Part shown: positions 1 to 13,279 of the stretch, piece after piece | How the letters are laid out: every line of letters begins with the position of its first letter | Numbering within the stretch: the first letter of the stretch is position 1 | Origin: Camelus dromedarius | Lineage: Eukaryota | Assembly (NCBI RefSeq): GCF_036321535.1 | Contig: NC_087437.1 | Coordinates: 28,646,001-28,710,000 of the forward strand | Direction of reading: 5' to 3' | DNA length: 64,000 nt | The notes under the pieces: generated by a model | Database searches by the model: none | What the model was told of the DNA's origin: nothing | The model's input: only the letters and a program-made list of their open reading frames with translations | Position numbers and translations under genes: made by a program

Positions 1-116
1 ACTTTGAGTTTACTATGAAATAAAATCTGAATACTTGATAGTGGCTTTGTAATTATTTTTTGTTTATGTGTTTAAATATTCCATCAATTTTACTTTCTCT
101 TGGGAATTGTATTTAA

Positions 117-261
117 TTAAAAAAATTTTTTGAGGTGTAGTTGGTTTACAATGTTGTGTTAATTATGTGTACAGCATAGTGATTCAGTTATATGTATGTA
201 TATATATATTCCTTTTCATATTCTTTTTCAGTTTAGGCTATTACAAGGTATTGGCTATAGT
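117..261 (-). mobile_element. Short 5'-truncated young L1 3' end (artiodactyl/camelid type) with a 17-bp target-site duplication
   Basis: A T-rich tail is followed by 'gtagttggtttacaatgttgtgtta...catatt...tacaaggtattggctatagt', the reverse of the L1 3'UTR end. It is flanked by ttgggaattgtatttaa (100-116) and ttgggaattatatttaa (262-278), which differ at one base. Confidence 0.85.
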
Positions 262-799
262 TTGGGAATTATATTTAAAAAGTTTAGTTAAAACTGATGT
301 TTATTGGATAATTGAAGATGAGTTATCACAATGTCAAAGTTAGGTAATCAGTCAGTATAACGGTTTAATGGGGATGTGAGAATCATTAATATTCAGGAGA
401 TGCCCTCTAGAGAGACAGCACATATAGTCGCCTACCTAGTGGAATACGTAGGTTTCTCAAATTATTGCTCTGTCATATTGCCAAATTCCACTGTGTAAGA
501 ATGTCAAGTCATTGTTTTCCCAGTTACAGTGAAAGTTACTCTTTAAGATGACTGACTATATTATGTTTCTGTTCACCTTACTGACATCAGTGATCTTTGG
601 AAAATCTTGATTCAGAGAAGTATTATAAATATTCAGAGAAGAAAGCTAGTCCTGGCTGTGGGGCCCTGAGGGCAGGGCCAGGTGCGGCAGGAAGCACCCA
701 GGGTGAGGCTGCTCCTTCTCTCCTGCCGAACTCCGAGGGGAACCCAAGTGAAGGGGGGAAATTTGAGAGATCATTTACCTCCTATGCTATGTTGATGGT

Positions 800-935
800 C
801 CAAGACTAGGATTTAGAGTCAAAAGACCTCCATGTTTTGGTTCTATAACCATAACTGGGTTTTCAATTAATCTTATAATATAAGCCTTGGTTTATTTATT
901 TATAAAGTGGATATATTGAAAGCATGCACAACTGA
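800..935 (+). mobile_element. MIR SINE fragment, degraded
   Basis: 'tttagagtcaaaagacc...ttcaattaatctt...agccttggtttatttatttataaagtgga' resembles the MIR core. Confidence 0.45.
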
Positions 936-1258
936 TAGCTCACATAATAGCCAAGCCTTCCCATTAGTCCTTGTAAGTTTTCTATAATTAGACTATATGT
1001 TGCTATAATTAGTCTTAGCTAGTTATGTCCCACTGGCTTAGGTGGAGCAATACAGGAGAATTACATGGTTGGAAAGAGAGATTTTAATTTTTTTAAAAGG
1101 CATAAACTTGAGTGTATTTAAACACAAATGCTCACAAGATGAAGACATTGACATTTACCTCCCATAAGTCAACACTGATTTCTGAGGATAATTTATCTGA
1201 TACAGAGCAAGCTGGAAAGGTTTTCCAATTTATTGTTTTATCTTTTAAGCCAAGACTA

Positions 1259-1706
1259 TGTCTGTAGGAGAGGCCATTAGTGTTCATCAAATACCCATTT
1301 TCTCCTCAATGTTTCCCACCTGCTCTTTCTGTGGGGTGGGTCCCTGTGACCAGTTCTTTAGTGAATGGACTGTAAGAAGTGACATATTCTTCCAGACAAA
1401 GAAAATTAACAGCCAGTGTGGCTCCAACATTTTTCTCCTCCCTGTCACAGGGACTTTGTGTTCCCAATGGTATAATAAGGCTAACAGCATACCATATCAT
1501 CCTCTCATATCATATATTCTATAGAATTCATAATTATATCTTATATAGATATACTATATATAAAATATAATATAATATCCATAATAAGGAGAAAGACTAC
1601 CTGATTATTATGAACCATGATTGTGACATAAAAGAGAAATTTTTACTATAAGTCATCAGGATGTTAAACTTTTTTGGCAATTAGTGTTAATAACTCTGAC
1701 TAGTAC
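1259..1706 (+). mobile_element. Old MaLR LTR (MLT1J/K-like), interrupted by AT-rich low complexity
   Basis: Has the MLT1 motif 'ccctgtgaccagttctttagtgaatggactgtaagaagtgaca' and ends 'ctgactagtaca'. Confidence 0.55.
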
Positions 1707-2150
1707 AGTATTTTAGGGTCAGAACAAAAAATTCAGCAAATATTTCACAGTCTCTTGTCTGTTCCCGATGAATGGAAGGCATATTTTAAAAATGGAAAAG
1801 ACAACTTTTATCAGAATAAATAAATGTGTAGGAGAGATCTCATCCTTGATTAGAGAAAATTAAAACCTAATGATGCCAATTGATCAAAATGTATTTGAAG
1901 CATTTGCTCAGGAAGTCATAAGCTTTCCATATCTGAAAGACACTGGGGTTTAAAAACTCATTTTTTTCATAAGTAATTTATAGTTTTTTCCTCTCCGGGT
2001 TGGCAAATATGAGGGTGATCTGATGGACTGACCACCCAGGACTCTGCCAACTGGTCTGGGTTGGGTATCTGGACTGCTTAGCAAAAGGGACACTGTCATA
2101 AAGACTTTGAGTTCTTTGGCATCTATGGTCAGAATCTTTGACTTCATTTC

Positions 2151-2510
2151 TGATTTGGTTCCCTTCCCTGCTCTAACAAATTATCACAGACTGGGGGGCT
2201 TAAACAACAACATTTATTTCTCGCAGTTCTGGAGGCTGGGAAGTCCAAGATCAAGATACCTGCAGACTGGGTTCTGGATGAAGTCTTTCTTCCTGTCTTT
2301 TTCTCACTGCATCTGCACATGGCAGAGACAGAGAAGGAGTGAGTTCTCTGGCCAGTTCTCACAAAGGCAGTACTCACATCATGGGGGCTCCACCCTGGCC
2401 TCATCTAAACCTAATTCCCATCCAAAGGCTCACCTCCTAATGCCATCATACCGGGGATTAGGATTTCAACATACAAATTTTGGGGGAACACAAGCATTCA
2501 GTCCATAACA
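2151..2510 (-). mobile_element. MaLR solo LTR (MLT1A/MLT1A0-like)
   Basis: Diagnostic 'ggcttaaacaacaacatttatttctcgcagttctggaggctgggaagtccaagatcaag' and end 'tttgggggaacacaagcattcagtccataaca'. About 360 bp. Confidence 0.88.
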
Positions 2511-3343
2511 CAAGTTAAATTGGATTTGTTTTTCCCTTTATGTTCTCTCTGCCAGGTTCTTATTATCTATTTGGCTCTAGTTATATTTTGGTAATTTTTG
2601 ATAATTTTTACTCTATATGGCAACATTGTTAATTGTATTTGGGCACCTGAACACCACAATTTCTCATTTCAGATTGAGAAGCACCTACTTTTCTGTTGGC
2701 AATTGTGGGAGAGTGATGTTTATGTTTTTTTCTCTGTATGTATATATGTATATGTATATATGTATGTTCCTAGGAATATATGCATATAAGATACCTCTAC
2801 CTCCATATCCTATATTCAACAGTTTTCTTCAAAACAGACTGAATTTCGGCAATTTTCAGTATCTTTGGATGTTGTTTCTCTCTTTTTCTCTAGTAAGAGT
2901 TATAGTAATAGATTTCTTAGAAATAAATTACCTTTGCACTCCTAGAATGAATGCAATGTGTATTATTTTTAATAAGCTAATGCATTATGTGATACATTTG
3001 ACTTAGTATTTAAGATTGGTCTGTACTTTTCCACTTTTAGTACTATTTTTGGGGGAGGGTGTTTGAAACAAATGTCCCAATGGCCTTTAGCAAAGATTCT
3101 AAAAGTTTTCATCCCTTTTCTGTTGTGGAAACAAATTTTAATAATATTAAAGTTGTAACTAAATTAATCTCATTCTTTCCTCAGATGTATTAATATTGCT
3201 TAAAGCTATGAATTTTCCTCCTAACATTGTTTTAGCCTTTTGACACAGATTCTAATATTTTTATTAGAATTTAAAATTATTTTAATATTTTTAAATTTTA
3301 AAATTATCTATTTTTTCTCCATATAGTTTTCTGCCATATATAA

Positions 3344-3405
3344 ATAGATGCTAGGTAGATAGATAGAAAGATTTGTCAATAGATAGATAGATAGGTAGAT
3401 AGATA
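3344..3405 (+). repeat. (GATA)n/(TAGA)n microsatellite, interrupted
   Basis: Tandem tagata/gata units are directly visible. Confidence 0.85.
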
Positions 3406-4179
3406 TTAAAGAGAAATTCCTGCATTTTTAAGTGCTGTGAAACATTGCTCAATGGAATAGAAGTTAGAAACCCTAATCACACATTTGTCTACCTACAGGT
3501 ATGGGCAGAAAGTTATTTCTGAAAAAAATAAAACTTGGCTTTCTTTTATTGAGGAGTATGTCCTAATTATTTCTGATGTTATTGACATAACTCAAAGCTT
3601 CCAATGCTGTTTATTAACCTCAAAATATATAAATATAAAAATTAATACATGAACCACATTAAGTTCACACAAGGATAATCAAAGTAACAACTCAAGAGAG
3701 ATTTATAGGGATGTTGTCGATTTTAAAGTTTACCATATCACATGGCAGTTGCTTTATGGTTAGCTATAGGAAAGTTTCTTCCAGGTATTAGTAACTGGAG
3801 AACCTGCATTTTTCTTTCTGAGCAACTGATGTATTTTTGCTGTGGACATTGCTATATATTTAAAATAATCTTGCTTTCCTCTTTATTCTAACCCCTTTTC
3901 TAAGAAATGTTAGCGTTAAATTTTAAAACATACCCAGGAATTGTGCAAAGCATCAAAGTATTATTTTGATTCATCTTATTTCTTGATTTTAGTTTCTTTT
4001 ACTCTCTGTTTTAGCTTTTAAGTGAGACAACACTAATTTGATTCAAAGTGCCATATATTCTACTACTCAAACTAGTTTAATCAAAGAGTAGAATTTATTG
4101 TAAGATACTATTTTTTATGGAACCCAAATAAGAAACTCACAGTCCACATGATGGTACATGGTCAATATGAACAATGGAA

Positions 4180-5272
4180 AAGGGAATCATCAGAATTAAA
4201 GCAATTAAAAGTACTCATTGTTATTCAGTAGATGCATAGAACTGTTGATTTAATTTAGAGCTTGTCAAATATGCATGTTTTAAAAATCTTTAAAAACAGA
4301 ATTGAGGACATTCATCAATCTAATAGAATAGAGGGAAAAGGAAAAAAAATGATTAGAAAAGAAAAAGCACTGTTAACAGTACATGATAAGATGATAGTAA
4401 TACATCTACCATGAGGAACTACAATAAATACAAAGAGAAGAAATCACAGGTAAAAGACAAAGTCTCAGTTTATAAATTCAGCTATATACCTGTTTATAAG
4501 TGACATAGTAATAACAGTGTTCAGAAAGATAATTATCAAACAAAACAGATTTTAAGTTAATATATTATTATGGAGAACAGGGCATAACATGACAAAAGGA
4601 AGACACTGTGACTTAGGTAATATATAATCCCCCAAACACATATTAATATATATAAAAAGCAAACAAATAAGTAGAAACTTATAGATATGCAACCATAGAG
4701 AAAGATTTGTAATTCCACTTAATGTAATTTAAAAAAATTTGTTGCTCAAGCAAACAAAAATTAGCATAAATATAGAGGATTAAAAAAAATTTATAAACTT
4801 GATGTAAAAGCCATACATGGAATGTGCATAAAACAATTAGACATGTTCTTTTCAAGCACAGGAAAACTTTTTAAAAATGAACCTGCTTTGGCCACAAGAA
4901 ATGCTCAACAGATTTAAAAGTAAATAACAATAAAATTAGAAATCATTAGCAAAAATATAGACACTTGGAAATTTAAAATTACATATTAATGTAACTTATT
5001 TGTTAAAGAAAGAAAGAATCACATTCATATATCAAAATGGATTGTCTGACAGATATCATAACAAATGAAAAAGGAAGTTGTAGAGTCATAAAGAGATACC
5101 ATTGATGTAAATTTAAATACATAAAACAACATTACAATGTATAAATACATAGGCACCGGCTAACATAACATGAATGGGAATGATATAACATGTCTTCAGG
5201 GCAGTGTCTGCTTCTAAGAAATCAGGACAGGGAAAGAACAGAGTTAGAGCTATAGCTGGATCTGTAATAATT

Positions 5273-5304
<32 letters not shown>

Positions 5305-5420
5305 TGACCTGAAGCAAACGCTGCAAATTGTTAACTTCTCTTAAATCTGGTTGTTGAATATTGAGCTATTTTTAGTCTTTTAAAAAAAGATAAAATATGT
5401 TATAATTGAAATTAAAAGAC
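4180..5420 (+). mobile_element. Ancient L1 (L1ME-like) remnant
   Basis: A-rich strand with ORF2 endonuclease-region remnants ('acatgttcttttcaagcacaggaaaac...ttggccacaagaaatgctcaacagattt', 'acacttggaaatttaaa') followed by a 3'-end-like segment. Confidence 0.55.
5271..5305 (+). repeat. (TTTC)n microsatellite
   Basis: Pure tttc units. Confidence 0.95.
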
Positions 5421-7139
5421 TATTTCAAAAGAAATAAGTCAGCAAAGTAAACAAACGTCCTTACTGTGTCTGAGGGAAATGTTCTGTCCAGAATCTTCCA
5501 CTTGGGAGAGTGTGGAGCTTTGGATAAATTACATAAAGTCACTGGTTCCTGGTTTCTATGTCATAGAATTACTCTGAAAATTATATAAGTCTTCTATATG
5601 TTGTTCACGTCTTTTAGAACTGCCACATAGTAGATGCTTAAATATTTTCCCCCACATTTGTTGAATAAATGAATGAATACAGGAACGGTAATGATCTCGG
5701 GTTCTAAAACCAGGATGAGTGAGTAATGCACACCCTTCTTCAATTTAGAATCCAGGATAAGTCTGATGGAGTAAACAAGAGATAATCATTTCTGTATCTG
5801 CCAAGAGGTGTGCAGTGAGTCTTGTCATGTTCTAGCCTTTTTCTTTTGGCTGCAGCAAATAAAAAGTTACTTTCTGCCACCTGAGAAAGCTGCACCTCTG
5901 GTCAACGTGTTTATTATTTGCCCTGATTTAGAGACAGTTTTCATTGTACAGTTCAAAGAGGAATTTCTTAGTTGGCCTCCTCCGCCACGTCTATTTCCCT
6001 TTAGAAATAAAATGCTGCTTAGATTTCAAATATGATTTTGCTTGTGAAAATGATGGACATATTTATTTGGCAGTATTCAACTTGGTGGTCATTAAAAACA
6101 AGCCTCTTTTCCATCACCCAGAACCCTCCCTGCCCCAACAGGGAAGCATGCCTTTGTAATATATCTCTGTGCTAAATATTAAACTCCCATCATGGACATG
6201 AAGTTTCTGATCGACTTGCTGCCAAAATAACCAGTTGAAAGGTGAATAATTCAATCAATATGATTTTGTGGCATTTTTTAGAGAGAAAATGTACTTAAGT
6301 TTAAAAAAAAACATAGCCATTTCCCTGAACTCAGTCTCTTTTTCAAATGCATTTATCCAAACCATCTGGATGTCTAGACATGGCCCAAGATAAAGTATTC
6401 CCAACAGTACATTAAGTAATGAAAATGAACAAGTTCAAAAATAAATAGTTCTGTAGGGAATATTAGTAATCCTGGTAAAAGAATTTAAGGGGTAGTTTAA
6501 GTTTAAAATCTGCTTAAAGCCTACAGTCTTCGAACTCCAAGGTGAGTAATTTCTTAAAATATTAATTGCCAAAGCAGAGTTAATTTACCATCTGGAGGCA
6601 ATATTTTGCAAGGTAAAACTTAATTACCTAAGACCTATCTAATGCTGCTCTAAGAAATATTACTGCATTTTTTCCCTTTGAGAAACTAATGACTGGGATT
6701 ACTGATTTTTAAAATCTGATCTTTTTTCATGTGTATATTTTTACGTAAATTTTCTGTACATCTTGTAGAATCATTAAATAGTAATCATGTAGGTAATTTT
6801 GATTTGCATAATAAGTAGGCTAGATGCTCAGGTCTTCCTTTCAGGCTTAGTAACATTCTGAGTTAGAAGTTCTTATAGTTTTTCACAAGATCTAGACAAA
6901 TATTCCCAGTAAAATTTGATAGAAGAGCAACTCTCCTCGATTTCTTCTCTTTCATCATCGCTCTCCCACTATATAGATGGAGGGAGGTGAAGTCAGAGAA
7001 AGAATACATGACAAAAGTAGGACTACATCGTGACACTCCAGGGGGATCTGCGATCCCATGCAAAATGTTCCATAGCACCTGGATCTCAGATAGTGATTCA
7101 ATTTTTTAAAATTATTTTTTGTTTTTGAAACTGTTTTAT

Positions 7140-10100
7140 TAAGATATCATTCACTTTCTATTTTGAAGGTGTTCCTTTCACTTTCTTGATGCTGTCATTA
7201 ATTTTGATGACATCCAACTGATTTATTTTCCCTTTTGTTGCTTGTGGTTTAGATGGCACCTCTAAGAGGGCTTTGCCCTGGAAGGTCATGAAGATTCCTC
7301 TTGTGCTTTCTTCTCTAAGTTTTACAGTTTTAGTTCTGACATTGATGTCTGCCTTCGGGGAACAATTTTGTGTGTGTGGTATAAGGAAAGGGTACAGCTT
7401 AGTTCTGCACGCGGATATCCAGTGTCCTGATATTCTATGTGAAAAAGACTATTTTTTCCCCAGTAAATCATCTTGGTGCCCTTCAAAAATCAATTGATCA
7501 TAAATGTGAGGGTCTATTTTTTGGTTCTCAATTCTATTCCATTGATCTCTGTGTCTATCCTCTCACCACTGCCGTGCTATCTTGAGTAGCCTCCCAAGCT
7601 TTAAAATTGGGAAGTCTGAGTACTGAACCTTTGCTCTTTCCTTTGAGAGTGTTTTAGCTGTTGTAGGTCTCTTGAATTTCTCCATGAATTTTAGGATGAG
7701 TTTATCAATTTCTGCAAAAACAGAATACAGGGGTTTTGATAGGCATCATGTTGAATCTGTTGATCAATTTGGGAAGTATTGGCCTTTTTAACAATATTAA
7801 ATCTCCTGAATTTTCACTTATTGAGATACTCTAATTTTTCATCAGTTTTGTAGTTTTCAGTGTGTGAGTATTCTATTTTTTGTTCAATTTACATCTAGGT
7901 ATTCTATTGTTTTTGATTCTACTGGAAATTGAAATCTTTTATTAATTTTATTTTTGAAATGTTCCTTTTTTGTACACAGAAATACAACTGCTTTTTGTAT
8001 GTTGATTTTATACGCTGATCGGATTTATGTTGATTACATAATATTAATATTATATTAATTAATTAATATATCAACTCATTTATTAATTCTAATATTCTAA
8101 TAGCTTTTAGTGGATTTTGGCTTTAATATATTTCTATACAAGATAATGTCATTTGAAAATAAAAATAGTTTTGAGACTTTCTTTCCAATGTGGATGCCTT
8201 TATTTATTTCCCTTGCCTAAAGGTTCTTAGCATGAAGCTCCAGTGCAACGCTGAATAAATGAGGTGAGAGTGAACATCCTTGCCTTGCTTCTGATCCTAG
8301 GGGAAAAGCATTTGGTCTTGCACTGTTAAGTAAGATGTTAGCTGTGGGGTTTTTGTCATAGAAGCTAGGTTGAGGAAGTTCCTTTTTATTTCTATTTTAT
8401 TGAATCTTTTTATCATGAAGATGCTTTTTTTGCATATGAGATAATCATATATTTTTATCCTTTTATTTCTTGATATAGTGTATTACCTTAAATAATTTTT
8501 ACATTCCTGAAATAAATTCCAACTCTGCATTCCGGAAATAAATTCTACTTGGGTACAGTGTATAATCCCTTTTATATATTACTGCTGTATCAATTTGTTA
8601 TACCTTGTTGATTATCTTTGTATTAGTATTCATAAGAGGTATTTTGGTTTGTACTTTTTGTCATATTTTTGTCCTATTTTGATGTAATGGTAACATTGGC
8701 CTTAAAAATGAGTTAAGAATTATTATCTTCTATTTTTTGAAAGATTTTGTGAAGAATTAGTGATTATTCTTGTTTAAACATTTTTGTAGAATTTATCAGT
8801 GAAGTCATCTGGTCTTGTTCTCTTCTTTGTGGGAAGTTTTTAATTAACTTATTTATTCTTTTTACTTATTACATGTCTGCTGACATCTGCTCATTCTTTT
8901 TGTCAGCTTTGGCAGTTTCTAGGAATTTGTTCATATCAACTAAGCCATCTAATTTGTTTATATACAGTTGCTTATATTATTCCTTTAAATCTTTTTTATT
9001 TCTGTAAGATCAGTAATGATGTTCCCTCCTTCATTCATTTGAGCCTTTCCTCTTTTTTTCCCAGTTAATCTAGCTCAAGATTTGTCCGTTTTATTGATCA
9101 TTTCACCCATTTTGTTCCACTGATTTTCTCTATTGGTTTTCTGTCTTCTATTTCGCTAATCTCCATTATAATTCTTACTCTTCTCTCTTCTGTTTGCTTT
9201 AGGGTCGTCTTATTCAAATGTCTTAAGGTGAAAAGTCAGATTACTAATTTAAAATATTTATCCTTTTAAAGTATTTGTGCTATAAATTTCTCTCTAAGCA
9301 CCTCTTCAGGTCCATTCCATGAGTTTAGGTATGTTGTGTTCTCTGAGACTCTGTTCACTTTTTGTTTAGTCTTTTTTTTCCTCTGTGTATTCAGGTTGCA
9401 TAATCTATATCAATCATCTTCAAGTTCACTGATTTTCTATTTGGTCAGCTTAAATCTACTGTTCTTTTTTTCACTTTTTATCTCCAGAATTTGTATTTGG
9501 TTTTCTTTTACAATTTGCATCTCCTTTTTGACGTTCTCTATTTGATGAGACATTGTTACCCTATCTACCTTTACTTCTGTATGCATGGTTGCCTTCAGTT
9601 CTTTGAATATTTTATAATAGCTCTTTGAAGTTTTGTCTGCTAAGTTTGATCATTGAGCCCTCTCTAAGGCAACATCTATTGCCTCCATATTTTTGTTCTG
9701 TATATAGGTCATATTTTCCTGATTCTTTACATGTCTCATCATTTTTGTTGAAGTAGAGAATTCTAGTGAAATCTTTTTCCCCCCAGTGTATGTCCTCTGA
9801 TGCGGGCCCTCGTAGGGCTCGGTCTCGGAGATGCAGAGTCACTCAGGATGACAGTGGTTTCATCAGGGCTTCCTTCATCTCTTTCCCTGCTCTCTTTGTC
9901 AAGTTTTTTCCCTCTGTTGATAGTGCCCCTCTATTACCTCCACTAATTGCCAGCTGATTGCTGTATGGTTTTCAACAATACCCCGAGGCATAAATTGCTC
10001 CACAGTTTGTTTCAATTAAATTCAGGCCCCTAGATATTGAATTCAATTCAATTAAGTTGAGGCTTGTTCTGACCCCAGGGGGGCTCTTCTTAGCATTCTT

Positions 10101-10945
10101 TTTTCCTGGTTCTATGTGTTAAACTTCTAGTTGGTCTACACCTTAGCTTGTTGCTCTCTTGGAATGGCTAGCCTCTTAATTGCTGACTATCAAAATATCC
10201 CATTTTCAACAGTGCCTGTACCTTAAATGTCCCCAGATCTGTTTCAGGTAAAAGCCAATTCCCTTGGGGAGAGCTATGGAGCTATTTGTTTTTCTGGCCT
10301 GCCTTACCACCCTTGTGTAAAACTTCTGTGCCACTGTTACGGAAGTGGAGGCGGAGGCAGTGGCCAGCTTCTCTCTGAGTGACAGCCCTGCCATCCAAGT
10401 GAAATACTGGGTGAGGCTGATAGTCTCTTTGTCTTCTCATCTTGACCATCCCAGTGTGACACCTCCACCCTGTGAGCAAGCTGGGGCAAGAGTGACCGGC
10501 GCCCTGTGTAGTGTTTCTGCCCTACAAGTGGGAACTGGATGGAGAAAGGGAGCCCAGGTTCCCTAACTACCCTTTCCTAGAATAGAGCTTCTAGAACAAG
10601 GAACTGGGGGGATGAGTATTGCTGGAGGAGGCTCTTTCCTGGAAGACACCACCGCTCTAGACTGAGAGCAAGGTGGAGCGGGAGCTCTGTGTTGACTGCA
10701 CCCACCAGGAGTAGAGTCTCCGTGATGCTGAGCTGATGGCGTGGGAGAAAGTGGATTATGGCTCAATTGCCACAGACTCTGCTGTTCTTAAAAAGATGGA
10801 TTGTATGTTCTTGAATTAACATTTTACCATTTTCTCTATTTCCTTAGGACAATTTCCAGAGACTTTAAATCACTGTTTTTTACAGTTTTAATCATTTGTG
10901 GTTGTTCTGCTGGGAAGAGGGTCCTCACACCACCATTCTGAAAGC
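7140..10945 (-). mobile_element. Large internally deleted L1 (L1M4/L1MB-MD age): ORF2 remnant, ORF1 remnant and 5' region
   Basis: T-rich strand with typical antisense ORF2 phrases ('ctcaattctattccattgatctctgtgtctatcc', 'gaacatccttgccttgcttctgatcctaggggaaaagca', 'gtagaatttatcagtgaagtcatctggtc'). A more GC-rich 5'UTR-like part (about 9.8-10.9 kb) ends 'ctcacaccaccattctgaaag'. Confidence 0.85.
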
Positions 10946-12370
10946 TATCCAAATACAACCAGTTCATTATAGTGTAATGGGTTGAGTTAAAAGCTGGTGA
11001 CATTAATTTCAACTCTGGAACTTTGTTACTGAATGACATCAGACTGATGGCAAAGAGCTGCCTCTCAAACTCCCCATTTACACATTAAATAATAAAATCT
11101 AGCAATCAGCATTCATTTCCCTTTTCACACATTTGTAAAATTTTGTCAACCACTGAATTTGGTCGCATTGAGTGAGCAGGATGCTGAATGTGTTATGGTT
11201 TGTTACTTCCTCAAGTCATCAGTGTCAAATTAGTATCGGAACCATAATTTCTAAGTAAAGCACTAATGACTTTATGAAAAATGATTTCATCTGTCTGAGA
11301 TACAGTGAAGGAACTAGTTGTATTTTAATTAAAAGTTATTTATAACTTATTTATAAATTATTCTAAGAGCCACAAAATCATTAAGGTGTGTGTGTGTGTG
11401 TTTGTGTGTGTAAGTGGGAGGGTGAAACATCACCCCCGGCCAAAAAATAAAACAGAACAAAAACATTTAAAAGCAAAGATGATTAAAGAAATAGCATTTA
11501 AGATTGACATTCCTGTAGTCATGTCTAACACTAGTAAGATTATTAATAATCATAATTTCACTGGAAATTTTTTTTAGTAATGTAAGAGAACATACAACCT
11601 CCTTTATTTGCACTTTAATCATTTTTACTTCATTAAAATAATTTTATAAGTTATGGAATCACACACACACACTTTCTCAGACATAGCAAATTAAAGTTAG
11701 ATTAAATCATGAGCGATAACCTTAAAACAACTGAGTGTAGATCATAAATTTCCTAAGACTATACTTGTGAAATTAAACATTCTTCTGGCAAGAAAACTGT
11801 TCAATTTTTAGTATGTTTTTCCTTGTTGAACATCTATGACATCATTTGATTTTAAAACTTGCTTTCATTATCATATTATTAAATTTCAAAAAAATGTGCA
11901 TTTGAAGGGAAAGTGATTTCTTATTATAATATTTTTGTTCTGTTCTTAATACTTTTTCCTAAAAGGAAACCTAATCTTTAATTTATAAAAATGTCCTTCT
12001 TGAATTATGAAGTGGAGAAATTTTCCTCCCAGATAAAATGTGTAAAATGATAGTGATACAGAGAAATTTAAGCAGCTCTTACGGAATTATATAAAAAGTC
12101 ATGAAACTGGCCAGGAATATTAACTCTGGATGCTCTCTATAGTCAGGTCTACTACTATCAAGTCATATCTCATTTTCCTTTTAAGTAAAACTCTTAAAAT
12201 GGGTCCTGTTGCCTACAACAATTCTTTGCTCCTTCCATTCCTCAGTCTCTCCCATCTAATGATTTCCCTCCATTCTATTAGAATAATCACAGATGAAGAG
12301 ACTCCTTGTGGACGATGTTTTTGGAGGACTTTTCCTCTTCAATATTGTGAACTCTTGACATTCCATCTAC

Positions 12371-12399
12371 TACACATATGCGCGCGCGCGCACACACAC
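12371..12399. repeat. Alternating purine-pyrimidine tract with a (CG)5 core (Z-DNA-prone)
   Basis: tacacatatgcgcgcgcgcgcacacacac alternates strictly for 29 nt. Confidence 0.85.
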
Positions 12400-12836
12400 C
12401 CAAAAGAGGAGAGAGAATTCCACCTTACATTTGCTGAACTGTTGCTACCTCAATCATCCTCTCTCTTCTTCAGTCTTTACTTTCCATCTTTCTGCTGGTT
12501 TCTTTACTTACATCTGTAAGTACCTTCAAATTTTGCTGGCTCAATAGCAAAGAAAACCAAACTATATTCCTTCAAATGTCAAGCTTTATTTCCAAGCTAT
12601 ATTCCCTTCTCATTCCTTCCTTTTATCAACTGGCTTCTCAAAAGATCTGTATACATAAGAGCTTGAATTTCATTATAGAACAGTAAAAATATTGTAGGGA
12701 CAAATGCCTGTTGTCAGAAAAGCATTCTCAGACCATCTCTTCAATTTTTATTCACTCTCACTCCCAGGAAATCTCTCTGTAGCTATCAATAATCTTAAAC
12801 TGCTATCCCAATCATGAATGATGGCTCTCCTGAAGT

Positions 12837-13075
12837 CAAATCCATTCCAAATAATAAGAGGGTTTTCCCTGGAACTAAACAAGCTGATTTTGAAACTTAA
12901 ATGAAAGAGGAAAAGGTAGAGAAGATTCAAGACATTTCCAAAGAAAACTGCTCTAACAGATAACACAATTTGAATAAAGCCATAGCAATGAAGACACTGT
13001 AGTACTTGCAGAGAGACAGATAAATAAACCCACAGAATAGAGAGAGTTTTAAAATAAATTACTGACATATACAGA
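12837..13075 (+). mobile_element. Old L1 ORF2 fragment
   Basis: 'ggaactaaacaagctgattttgaaacttaaatgaaag...aaagccatagcaatgaagacactgtagtacttgc...cagaatagagagag' matches the L1 ORF2 thumb-region pattern. Confidence 0.6.
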
Positions 13076-13279
13076 CTCAGTTTTTGTACCTTGCTTGCTT
13101 GCAAACAGCTTGTGCTGGTCCCTTGGTCTTTGCAGGGTAATAGTACATGCCCGAAAGAGGAATGGCTATGTGTTTAAAGGTTATTAGACATGGGCTGAAA
13201 CTGTCATCATGGTTCTCTGGTTGGGATGAGGACTTACAGGTGGCTGGTCATAAAGGGAGAATGGGCTCAAATATATTTC

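Noticed and set aside
8051..8070. Perfect 20-bp palindrome tatattaattaattaatata
   Set aside because: Pure A/T low-complexity slippage within an old L1; such palindromes are common.
8502..8552. Tandem duplication of about 26 bp (cattcc.gaaataaatt)
   Set aside because: A local slippage event inside a dead L1 with no functional implication.
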